From positions 1,051,771-1,115,770 of the forward strand of contig RDEW01000013.1 of assembly GCA_011109175.1 (NCBI GenBank): a DNA stretch of 64,000 nt, written 5' to 3'. The translations under genes and the position numbers were made by a program. This stretch comes from Dicyema japonicum (lineage: Eukaryota > Animalia > Dicyemida). The notes beneath the pieces are model-generated. The model had not been told where the DNA came from. It saw nothing but the letters and a program-made list of their open reading frames with translations, and ran no database searches. Positions 38,501-49,934 of the stretch are shown in pieces; positions within the stretch are counted from its first letter, which is position 1, and every line of letters begins with the position of its first letter.

Positions 38501-39220
38501 AATGGAATATGAGTCACGTGCTGTAATAAGACAGTCGAAACTCATTTTGGACGCCTCTAGTTCACTCTCTTCGGACCTGCTTGAGCAGTACTCGAGGAAG
38601 GAGCTGGAACGATTCTATGTAAAGCACCGAGAGTCTGAGAACAAATCGATGAGCACGTGGTTTGAGGAGAATAAACAAGGCCTAGTATCTGTTCAGTGGA
38701 TTGTAATTTTGTGAGTAATGTTAGATGGAAGGAGAAAATGAGCACGTGGTAGGGCAGACCCACTCATTTGTCTCATTCGGTCAAAGTAATCTTGCCATTT
38801 GTGACTCTGTTGATCAGAGTATTTCTCCAATTAGCATGGAATTGAGATTTCCGTCTGTTGTCGTGCATAATTTTTCCAAGTTTGTATTATTGGTGAGGTA
38901 GACCTTGTTTTGTGGAGGTTGAATGTATGTTGACCAACAATATGGAGAAGAATGTAACTGTGAGGCTATTCATTGATGTGGATTATATGAGGTTTGAGGG
39001 ATCACAAAGTCTTAGATTGAAAGGATTTTTTTCTGTCGGAAATAACCGTAAGAGAGTAGAGATTGGGGCATTTTGTGTTAAAAGGAGTGTATTTAGGATA
39101 GTGTTTTTTATGTCAGGGTCATTCACATTGGATTGTTTCCGTGTTTGTACTGAGGATGGTAATTGGGATCTGCCCTTATCCCTTCATAGTAATCATATTT
39201 CCATAATTTCGTCTAATTGA
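35541..39220 (+). CDS. TRAPPC8: Trafficking protein particle complex subunit 8 (TRAPPC8/Trs85), about 15 introns of 21-24 nt
   Basis: PWIEKQLNGLHNILSNRRGLQKSFLFAAKRIFS...YSTDSEEMQLKKWADFAFMFRFYSLSAEAYTFLRKDF...AQEMLAIS matches TRAPPC8 (PHIEK..RKGLSRSLFSATKKWFS..PELQIRKMADLCF..KKDF). Introns begin near 35680, 35957, 36204, 36423, 36693, 36825, 36985, 37077, 37248, 37352, 37526, 37908, 38207, 38703 and 38880. About three 1-bp indels (near 36065, 36095 and 38432) are probably assembly errors. Confidence 0.9.
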
Positions 39221-39262
39221 TTTATTTCAATAAATTTATTTATAATTAATTTTTATTTATAA

Positions 39263-41491
39263 GGACCTTACGTCCACTTACACCTCGGAAGCTGGACGGT
39301 GTCTTGTCAAATCAATTACGGACCTAATCAGAAAAATGGTTAACGGCGACATCCCAAAATATGCCAGAGAATTGCTCTTCTCTGCAAGGCTACTTGCTTT
39401 CAATAAACCCAACGGAGGAATCGCCCCATTGCGGTCGGGAACTATTTTAGAAGACTTGCAGCAAAAGTAGCATCGACCATGGTGAGCAGACAACTCGGAG
39501 AGGAGTTCTTTCCTAAACAAATGGGTGTTAGTATCCAGAACGGATGTGAGGTTGCGGTTCATGCAGCAAGGCGTTTCTTCACACAGAAAAATATTTCAAA
39601 TGAATGCATTGGAATCAAGTTGGACATAACGAATGCCTTTAATTCTCTCAGAAGAGACGAAATTATGAAAACGTGTTGGAAGAGGGCTCCAAAGCTTTTC
39701 CCTCTTGTCAATCTATCCTATGGGGAAGATACGTCTTTGGTTTTTGAAAATGAAATTATTAAATCAAAAACGGGTGTACAACAAGGAGATCCGCTCGGAC
39801 CTCTATTATTTGCCTTGACCATTGATGAGGTTGTGAGTCAATTGATGCTCAGCTAAATCTCTGGTACCTCGATGATGCCACAATTGGAGGATCGTTCAAA
39901 GAAACATACAATTCATTACGTAAAGCGTTACCCGCTTTAAAACATTTGGGCTTGGACATCAATGTTAACAAATCAGAGCTAATAAATGTCTCATATCCAT
40001 ACACCGACTTCCTCTCTATCAAGGAGTCTTTTGAAGAACTGCTTCCTGGGATCCCGACTGTGCCAGTTGATAAATTATATTTCCTCGGATGCCCACTCAG
40101 CGAAGAAGAACTCAAGAACCATCTACTTTCCAAAAATGAAGAATTAACACGCCTTGCGAAAAGATTGTCATGTCTCGACTCTCACACATCTTTCTTCTAA
40201 TGAGAAACAACATCGGACTACCCAAGCTTTTATATCTACTCCGATGTTCACCCTGCTACGAACAATATGACATTCTACTTTCAATGGACAAGTCTCTCAA
40301 GCAAACAGTCGAGTCAATAATTAACGTCCGCTTCGACGAACTTGGTTGGAAACAATGCAAGCTTCCCTCTGGATTTGGGGGTGTCGGAATGAGATCGGCG
40401 CTGGAGGTTGCGTACCCGGCATACCTATCATCTCTCTCAAGCTGCAGTCATTTGACACGGCAAGTCCTTCATAACACAATTGGACTTTGCTGGAATGAGT
40501 CATTTGACGAAGCTTGTCGGAAATGGAACGGGTCCGGACTCAAAATCCCAGAAGACACAACGAAGCAAAGAAATTGGGATGACATTGTCTGCTCCAAAAT
40601 TTTGAAGACCTTAAGAAAGAAGCAAATCAACATCGTCTGGCTTGTTTGGTGTCAGCTTCAAGTCGAGGGAGTGGAGCATGGCTTGGTGCAATACCTTGCC
40701 CAAACCTCGGGACCTTTTTGGACGACGATTCTTTGAGGATTGGAATCGGACAAAGGCTGGGACTAGACGTTTGCCAGGAGCACCGATGCCGATGCGGGAA
40801 AACAGTCGATGCGAAAGGATTGCACCGCTGTCCTGCAGAAGAAGCGCCGGAAGGGGACCACGTCATGCTGCTCTGAATGATGTGATCGTCAGAGCTCTGA
40901 AGGCTTCAGGCTTCCCAGCACAGCTTGAACCAGTGGGTCTTGATCGAGGAGATGGGAAGAGACCTGACGGGATGACCCTTTTCCCCTTCACGTCTGGAAG
41001 ATCTTTGGTCTGGGACGCAACTTGCATAGACACGTTCTCAAGCACGAACATTTTTAAATCTGTTCAGACACCTGGAGCAGCTGCTTCGACCGCGGAAAAC
41101 CTAAAAATCAAGAAATATTCTTGCCTCGGGGATCGCTACCGATTTACTCCTGTTGCGACCGAATCATCGGGAGCCGTTGGTCCAATGACGGCTGAATTCT
41201 TGCAAGAACTCGGAGGATTGCTTGCCAGAAAGAAAAGGGATCAACGAGAAGGGCTATGGCTAAGACAAAAGATTGGAATAGCCATACTCGAGGGAACTCG
41301 TTCGAATCCACGCAGCAGGCTTCCTTAACTGATATTTGTTTAATTGTTAAAAAAAAATTTTAATTTAAAAAATCGCTGTTATTCGCGGAAACGCTTACTC
41401 CGTGATGTCAGCAGCCGCTCTCCCCATAGTTAATAAATAATATTTTATTGTTAATAAATTTTTGTTTTAAAAAAAATTTAAAAAAAAAAAA
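39263..41491 (+). mobile_element. Young 5'-truncated CRE-clade non-LTR retrotransposon (RT + CCHC + RLE), followed by a second CRE 3' stub
   Basis: KLDITNAFNS, GVQQGDPLGP, WYLDD, CRCG..H...C and RH..LND..RPDG..D..KIKKY motifs; A-rich tail. Absent from the duplicate copy (empty site at about 52008). Confidence 0.95.
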
Positions 41492-41519
41492 TTAAACTAA
41501 ATTAATTTTACTTTGAGGA

Positions 41520-42328
41520 ATTTGAGTAGTTTCCTCTGACGCTCTCGATGCCATCCAGTCTTATGCGGATCTTTGGTGACCTTTGGATCATTGAGTCGAT
41601 CTGACGGACCAGGTCGTCCGCCTGTGGGTCAAGGATTCCTGACTTCTCAACAGAAAAGGGACAAACAAATGATCTCTGAAATGTTTATGTACTTCCTTTT
41701 ATTCTGATCCCAACTTGCGTAGTTTTAGTCCGAGCTGTTGTAGCCAAATTTTTCGGAGTGTACGTGTGAGCATACGTAGCAACCCAAACCAGGTTTCGAC
41801 TATTAGCGAATAGGAAAGTCATCATCTAGTTGGTGCATTTGGCATCCTTCTGGGAGAGACAAGTGTGAAACTAAATATCAACAGAATCTACCGTAAACGA
41901 GACAAGCTGACGGGTTTTTTTCCTTTAAAATTTGGACATTGCTCTAATACAGGAAACACAAGTGTACACTTAACACCATACTAGTCGGTTCAAAAGATTC
42001 TCATTTATTCCCATGAATGGCATTATTCGAACAAACAGAGAATTCTCGATCGACACTGCTACCCAGGGAAGCTGGGACCCAATTGCGAGTAAAAAACGCT
42101 GGAAAGTGCGAAGACAGGAGATAACCAACACAGGCTTGCATGCATCATGTGGCCTGGCTTGAATGCCCATCATGTTCGTCTCTCGGAACACTCTCTGACG
42201 AAAAATTGCCCGAGGATCGGAGTGGCACTACAACTCGGATTGGATGCATGCCTGCGACAGATTCCGTTCTGGAGAGAACGTTAACAAAGAATGTCTACAT
42301 ACTCTTTCTTGCCGACGGAGCGCGGGAC
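41520..42328 (+). mobile_element. Older CRE remnant, left part (continues at 44731-44860)
   Basis: Removing the LINE insert restores NVNKECLHTLSCRRSAG|RSPSH...SLDRGDGKK. Confidence 0.78.
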
Positions 42329-44717
42329 CGAAATCCGAAACCAATTTATTCAACAGTAAGTAAGGAGTTAGTTTAAGTGGTATTTAAACGTGTCCGCCTA
42401 TGCGGCCTGGACACTTCCAATGCACCACGTCTCCATTTAGTCTCCTTCTATCGTCGGATCCCATCGATCCTTTTCTCTACAATATTTTTGACCAATGTTA
42501 GAATCTTGTCTTCTTCAGTACTGAGAACATCAGAAAGCCTTTTCCCCAAAGCCAACTTTATTGCTGACCTTCTGGTTTTTTCCATAAGTAACAATTCTTT
42601 CTTTTGGCAAAAGAAAAACCATGCTTCGCATCCATGTAGCAGCTCCGGAAGAATGACTCTCATGAAGATGAACAAGAAGGTCTCCAAGCTTACAAACAAC
42701 TTTTTCGTACATAAAAGTGCTTGAAGCGCCTTCTTCCTTCTTCGTCTGATGTCCTCCGTGAAGGAACCTCTCCCGTCGATTACTACCCCTAGGTAGCGCA
42801 GTGAATTTACTTTAGGAATCTCTAGTGAGTAAGGCTGGGTCTGATGCCTCCTTAGGCGACTGACTCTTAAATGGCTGGACTTCTCAGTGGACAGTCGCAT
42901 CCCTCTCTTGGTGCACATCCGGTGGAGTTGGAAAGTCTGACAAGAATATGTTGAACAGAAGTGGGGTCAAGACAGAACCTTGTGGAACTCCCCTCTTCAG
43001 TATGATGTCTTTTGACATATTTGCTCCAACACGTACTTGGGAAGTCCGTCTGTTAGGAAGTCCTTTATCCACATGAAAAGTTTCTTTTGAATATCAGCTG
43101 CTGCTAGCCTTGATAGGAGGGCTTCGTGCCACACGCTATCAAAAGCCTTGGACAGATCTAAACATACCAGACTGATTCCTGACCTCTCAATACCATTGAA
43201 TCTAACTGGTAGATGCAGTCCGTGCATGATTTTCCAGGTCTGAAGCCACGGAAACCACTTTCTTCTAAGTGGTCGTTAAGCCTTCTAAAGATAATTCAAT
43301 CGATAATCTTGGAGATCGAACAGATGAGGCTATAGCTGAGTGGGTCCCTCCTCGATTTTCCCGGTTTCATTATCATTCTGACTATAGAAGATTTCCAGCG
43401 TTTTGGGACATGGCCATGATGAATGCTTGCATTGAATATATTCTTCAGAATGGGAAATAGAGCCTCTAGGGCATTCGCGAACAATCTCATGCTTAGATGG
43501 TCAAGTCCTGGAGCGTTAGCCTTGCTTGTCATGATTGAAGTCATGACTTCTTCCGTAGTTATTTTCATTTCAGTATCTTTGAGATCGTCCAAACAGTAGG
43601 TTAAAATTTCACGTGAAGAATCTAACATCTCCCTCGGAATAAGCTCCATCGGGTTGACCCCTGAATGCGGTCCAGTTGCTTCTTAAAGATATCTGGGGAT
43701 TCTTCCATAGAACATAGTCTACCTTCTGGCTTGGTCAAGGATATTTTTGTGTCATTCCTTTTCTGGCCAATTATTATTTTATAGAACTTCCAGAACGAGG
43801 GGTCTTTGGTGTTTAGTTTACTTTCCTCTACCCTCAAACATTGTTCTTGAGATAGTCTTGTTCCTTCTTCAATGGCTTTCTTGATTATCTTCAATTGTCC
43901 GGTCAATGCAATCCGGTCTATCCAGTCCACACATCTTCTGAGTTTGGTCCTCAGGCGATTCCTTTGATCGATCAAGGATTGAGAGCGAAAGACTGATGCT
44001 CTTTCCATGATTGGTACTTGAGGATCTCCTCCTTGCGTAAAGCATTAAGTATGTCTCCATCATGATGGAGAGTTCATTGTCTATGATGTCGATTTCACTT
44101 CGGGAATAATCTTTATCCTTCCAGTCTTTGAGGTTTCTTGATAAGTACCTTCTGTAGTGTTCTCAGTTTACTCTTGTTAGGTCGTAAACACAGAGTCCAT
44201 GGGGTCTGGAGCTAGGTTCAATAACATCTCTTGGGGTATATGGTCACTCCCGATGTCCCACATGATCATCGGCTTCTCTAAATTAGTGTAGAGCACTGGT
44301 GACACCAGGAACACCCCAAGCATGTCTCCCCCGTAGTGCGAGTAATGATTCGGTTTTTCCGATGTCAAAATCTCAAAGCCAGTCTGATTCCATCATCGTT
44401 AGTTCCGAGGCACCCATATTTAATGTTCTTGGCATTTAGATCACCCACTAGGATAGACATATCGTTTCTTGTGAAGAATTCTTCAATTTCTGTGGAGCCC
44501 TTTCTGAGGTCTTTTGAATACATTCTACCGGCGTGTATCCAACAGCCACAGCATATCACCTCGACGGAAACAAATTCACAGTGTGTATTCGCGGTATGGG
44601 GGAAGCAAGCTTCGCAACACACACCAAGATACAAAAATAAGCATTATATCTTGCCCCTTGTAAGGGCGTCCCAGATATAAAGCTGGAAAGAACTGTTGAA
44701 TAAATTGGTTTCGGTTT
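42329..44717 (-). mobile_element. 5'-truncated Jockey/I-group APE-RT LINE carrying its 3' tip at both ends
   Basis: VGDLNAK, GSDHIP, APGLDH, DLSKAFDSVWH, GVPQGSVLTP and RYLGV motifs. 13-bp TSD at 42316-42328 and 44718-44730. Inverted actgttgaataaattggtttcgg termini. Confidence 0.9.
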
Positions 44718-45289
44718 CGGAGCACGGGACGTTCCCCGAGCCATGACGTTTTCTACGGGCCTTCAGAGCCGGAGGGTTTTTTGTTCAACTGAAACCCTTC
44801 AGCTTGGACAGAGGCGATGGGAAGAAGCAAGATTAGTGTCATAATTCCAGCCTTCGCAATCCTGACTTCTTAACTAAAAAGTTTTACTAGTTTTCATTAA
44901 AAAAATTATAGCGAAAAAATTAAATATTAGAATTTTAACTAGCAAAGTTAAATTAAAAAAATTAAAACATGAAGATGTTTTCCCCAACTAATTATGTGAC
45001 CCTGGTATTCCATATTACAGATACAAGGAATGTCCAGTGTTCCTTAGACGTTTCCACCGTTTTCCTGTATCTACTGAGTTTTTTTATAATGAAGAAATCG
45101 ACCGATGGAATTGATTTTGTCGTTTGATCCAACATCGAAACGATAGGTTCCGTTTATTGATTACAAGGCATTGAGGTGAGAAGAGTAGAGTTTTTTTGGC
45201 GATCGGCATGGGGTGTTTAAGCTTTTTGCTGCATGGGTGAGTGAAGATATGCCTCTTATAACAGGGATCTGACACGCCAGATCCTACGC

Positions 45290-45420
45290 TACAGTCCAGA
45301 TTTAGTTGCAATCTTGAAGTGGCGATCTGGATGTCCTGATCACATGACGCAATTACAATGTCGTCGGCATAAGTCAGAATAATATCATTGTCGGCGTCAG
45401 GATTGATCTTTTTTAGATTA
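45290..45420 (-). mobile_element. Short RT fragment (YADD)
   Basis: IILTYADDIVIASCDQDIQIATSRLQLNLD; repeated in the two other duplicate copies. Confidence 0.75.
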
Positions 45421-45592
45421 AGAAAGGCAATTAACAATAATCGATGCTGCTCACAAAAAACGAAGCAAAACTGAGTGTCCTTTACTGTTCTCTCTTCAAT
45501 TAAACAATAAATCGAAAGTTAATTTTTTCCATTTTTAATTTTTTGATGGCTAACCTAAATTTGCCAAAAAATTAATAAAATTATATAAAACA

Positions 45593-46105
45593 ATGTTCAC
45601 TGCGATTTTCTGTGTCTTATTTCTAAAAGTCAATTCCTATGAACTCCCTTATGAGAATTGTGGTATTAACTATTAAAAACATAAACTTAGAGGGAATGAG
45701 CAACACAGTCAGTGTTAGCGTCCACATCTATGATTCATTGATAGCCAGTGATGAAACAACTATCAGATATACTTTCGTGGCAGGTGGTTTGTGAGTTTGA
45801 TTAGACTTTAATTCGACTTCTTTTAGTGGAGTAATAAGTGTTGTTCCTGGGAGAACATGTCTTCGTGGCTACACATTCATAGGTTATCATCAAATCGAAA
45901 GAACTTTTAATTGTCCGGTATGTCATTTGAGAAGTGGAAGACAAAATAAGTTCGATTTCATTAGAAAATTTTTAGCAGATTTACTGCTGGTTCTTTGTTT
46001 AAAAAATTATAGCATCCCTGCATGGACATTAAACTCAAAATCGTGGATCAAATGGGTAATACCGTCGTTTGTGCTATTTTCCCGGTTCAGCTGAGACTGG
46101 AATAA
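45593..46105 (+). CDS. Secreted ML-domain (NPC2/MD-2-like) protein, type B, intact, 146 aa
   Basis: Exons 45593-45662, 45691-45783, 45805-45989 and 46013-46105 splice into an uninterrupted ORF: MFTAIFCVLFLKVNSYELPYENC...TIRYTFVADFNSTSFSG...NCPVC...DIKLKIVDQMGNTVVCAIFPVQLRLE*. Signal peptide and 6 Cys in the mature part. Confidence 0.82.
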
Positions 46106-47199
46106 TTAGATTAGTTCACTTTTGGGGTTAAAATCGGGTTTTTTGTTGATTAACTGACAATTTAATTTAAATTCAGGAAATAAGGACTGTTAATGGAGTA
46201 CTTTATATAGGTCCCCCATAAAGCTTTAGCTCCTCCATTTATCTATTTGAGAGACTTATTCCAAATCTGGCAATCCCCTCTGTGATAACTTCAACTAAGC
46301 TTTTGTTAATTAAATTCGAATGTGAACTCAAAAATACTTGATAAAAATATCCGCCCTTTTTTTAAATCTCATAAATGTCCGAATGTAAGTTTTTCCTGAA
46401 GGTCATTATTATGATAAGTGACTTATTTAAAGACTGCGGATTAAATTACTTCTGCATTGTCCACAGCTGAAAAACTTTTCCTATTTCACACTGATGATCG
46501 CATGCCTTCATCAAACGATAGAGTACTCAATTGGCTCACATAATGTTAAAATAGCCTAAGTCTTCCGTCTAATCGAGTTTCTCAACCTGTTGAAGTCTTC
46601 AGTGACATTATTAATAAGAGATCGAATGAAAATCAACACAATCCTGCTAATCCCTAACTAACCTATTTTTTGTGAACAAACCTAAAAAATTCTGATAATC
46701 TCAAATTTTAATTTTTTTAATATTGAGTTTGAGAAAAAAACGTTATAAATAACCACAAAGTAGATTTGTCAGTAAACTCTCTCATCACTAACAATGATGT
46801 AAATTTTTGGAATTTATGGCACTTTGGTATGTGGCGTGAATGTTTTTATACATTTTGTAAACACAAAAGTTTCCTTGACTGTAAGATCGTCGACATGCAG
46901 AAATGCGATTTTTATTTATAGAAAACAGTTAAGTATTAGGCGAGAAAAACATCAGTCGCGTTATTATAATTTGCAATGTTTTTTACCTGCCAATTTAAAA
47001 TGTGCCTTTTTATTTCTAAGTCGCGTACACAGACTGTCTTAGTGTTGTAGGAGAAAAGGGTTACGTTGATCGCTTAGACCTGAGTATACATGGGCATAAC
47101 AAATCTGACACACTAAGCTCCAGGGGACGCATAAGATAACTTGAGTATACATGGGCACACTAACAAATCTGAAAAACACAATAATCTCATTGAAGAGTA

Positions 47200-48629
47200 A
47201 TAATTTGCAAGCTTACAGCTATGCTATGATAACGGCCCACAACGCCAACTATGACCTTGATTGAAGATACCAAGTGTTCATCAGTAAGCCTTGTTCTCTG
47301 AGTGATTTTGTTGATTTCATTAAGGAAAACAGCTGTTCAACACATAGGTGGACAAAAACTTTTTGACTCAGACGACACCATGTAGCAGATCACCATCCAA
47401 ATGGAGCTGAACCTGTCTTTTTGAATCAATTTGATTAACCAATATATTCCACCACAACGATTCTACCCAAAATCCTACCTCCCAAATATACCCCGTCTCT
47501 CAGTACAAAAGAACGTTCTAATTTGCGGCGATTTAAATGCCCGACACCCCGTTTAGCTCGCTTCACAGTCCTCTGACAGCCGAGGCGAGTTCATCGCAAA
47601 TGGTCTTATTGATATGAGTATCCTGAATGACCATAAATTAGACACGAGAACTCCTTTAAGGGGCACTGATAGCTGCACTTCTGATTTAACCTTATGTTCA
47701 CCTTCCTTAGCAGGAATCACTACATGGGATGTGAATTATGGTTTTTCCTGCGACCACAATCCCATTCTTCTTATGGTAAAAGCATTTCGGGGACGCTGGA
47801 CATTGCAGACCGAAATAAAAAGTTTCAAGAATTATAAAAAGGTTGACTGGTCTCTCTGGCTACGACGACCTGGAATTGGTCAAAGGACTATCATTTATAT
47901 ACGTTCGATGGACGAAGCCGCAAAAATCATCAGTGTGGCCATTCAAAAGGCTGACAACATATTTATTCCTCTCTCATCATACACGAATTTTATACCCTCG
48001 ATTCCCGGACACTTACACTCAAAACAAAGAAATCAAATGAAAAGATGCCGTCCGACAGAGTTGAAATCCATCACAAGCAGGTCTCAGGGGTTATTGCCGG
48101 ATTAAAAAACTCACGGGCCTACGGCCCTGACAAAGTATCTTGAATTTACCTGAAACACCTAAGCCACTATGCAATCGGCTTCCTCACGCAAGTATTTAAC
48201 CTGTTCATTAACTCAATATTATTCCTCAAAAATTGGAAGAACTCTGTTATCAAACCAGTTTTGAAGGCTGAAAACCGGAAAGAGAACCTGTTTCATAGAG
48301 ACCAATCTCCTTAACCAGCACATTACCAAAACTTCTTGAAAAATTAGTAATAACTGTAATTACTCCGAACCTCCATCAAGCGGCTTTTCAACATGGCTTT
48401 GTCCTGGAAGGTCCACCACCCAGTTAACACATATCCCAATTCATAACCGCAGGAGGATTTAATGCTACCCCATGACACATGCAACTATAATGGTGTCAAT
48501 CGACATAAACAAGCTCTCAACAAGGTCCCAAGGGAAGCTTCTTATTGGGGAAGATTTTTTTTGAAACCTAAAGCTGTGGTCGGCCAACTTTCTCTCTGGG
48601 CGATGTGGGAGAGTCTTTGTGGGCAACTT
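47200..48629 (+). mobile_element. Degenerate Jockey/I-type LINE (APE and RT start), cut by a MULE
   Basis: NVLICGDLNA, SCDHNPIL, GPDKVS and RPISLTSTLPKLLEK motifs, with frameshifts. Confidence 0.8.
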
Positions 48630-48933
48630 GGTACTAGGACATTTGGCCGACAATTCAATTAAGCATAAATGATCAAGAAATACACTATGCATATTAATAA
48701 CGATAAAAAATGGAATTTACACGAACCACTCGTGGAAAGAGAAAACTTCTGCATGATGGCTATGCGTACATTATGGATAGACAGAGAGACAATGTCATGT
48801 ATTAGAGATGTGAGCTGAAAAGGAAAATGCAAAGGCAGAGTAAGAACTGTTAACGAAGAACTAATGGAACTATGACACCACACGAACATTCACCAAATGC
48901 AGGACGTTACATGCGCTGAAAACCGTAAATACG
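48630..48933 (+). mobile_element. Left end of the MULE, truncated by the duplication junction
   Basis: Matches 59138-59442 and is fused to TRAPPC8 sequence at 48934. Confidence 0.85.
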
Positions 48934-49902
48934 ATTTCTGAGAAAAGATTTCAAGGACCATCGCTGCTTGTTCCAATATGCCAATGCTCAAGAGATGTTA
49001 GCCATATCTACTCTCCTTGCCCATGAACTGAACAACAGTGAAGCCGCGTCCCTCGCTTTTTCGTGCTATGTGAACTCATGCAAGTAAGTCTAACTCAAAC
49101 CAATAGGTTCTTTCCTGCCGGCTTTCGCGCTTTTATATATAGGTTGTTACCATGGCAACCAAATCTGGGTGATTTTCTGAGTTTCACTAAAGAAATGCAA
49201 TCACTGATGGAAATTGTATATGCATTTTATGATAGAGTGACAATTTCTTTATAACTGCTCTGATTTCGAGGGAGATTGCCCTTATGTGGAAGTATCTGTT
49301 TCCTAATAGGAATGCAAAATATGTCTTCTTTATGATGAAGGCTGCTTTAGGTTTCAATCAGATTAAATTTTCTGTTTTTCTCTATTTATTTTTAGAAGAA
49401 ATTGGCTGAAACAAATTTTGTCACGTGTAAATGAACTTTGTCCTTCAAATTGGAATTTGATTAATGTTTGGAATTTATAACTGTGTAGTCCTCAGTGACG
49501 ATGAATTATGTGAGAATACTACCACCAACAGGCAACGTTGACACACTAGTTCAGTTATACTCTAATTTGGTACATTACTGCAAGGATGATGGGTGGCTTA
49601 GTGGTTAGGTGTCGGGCTTAAGTGGCTTAGGCTACGGGTTCGAATCTCGCTGCTGTTCACCTGGTGGAAGGTTCCACGCATCTACGATGCAGAAATGGTT
49701 TGACGAGTGACGCCGTCATCAGTGAATACTCACTGCGGAACTGGATTTGTCTAGAAAGGACACTCACACAGAAAAAGAAAAAAAAGAAGTGAAGATCATT
49801 CCTTGGTTCTACGATTAGTTAAAATTAACTGTTCTTTACTTAAATAAAGTGTGTGTCCTGCCTATGCGGAGCTATAAAATACTATGGCTCTCGTGAAAAG
49901 GC

Positions 49903-49934
<32 letters not shown>

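Noticed and set aside
35541-39220. Alternative genetic code or programmed frameshifting
   Set aside because: In-frame stops are explained by tiny introns. Remaining indels lie in short homopolymers, and one is corrected in the duplicate copy, which points to sequence error.
42335-42377. Spliced-leader RNA or a 22-nt intron at caaca|gtaagt
   Set aside because: Better explained as the antisense of the LINE 3' terminus next to its TSD; no Sm site or supporting exon.
49591-49660. tRNA gene
   Set aside because: A and B boxes are present but there is no good cloverleaf; it is the head of a TSD-flanked SINE.
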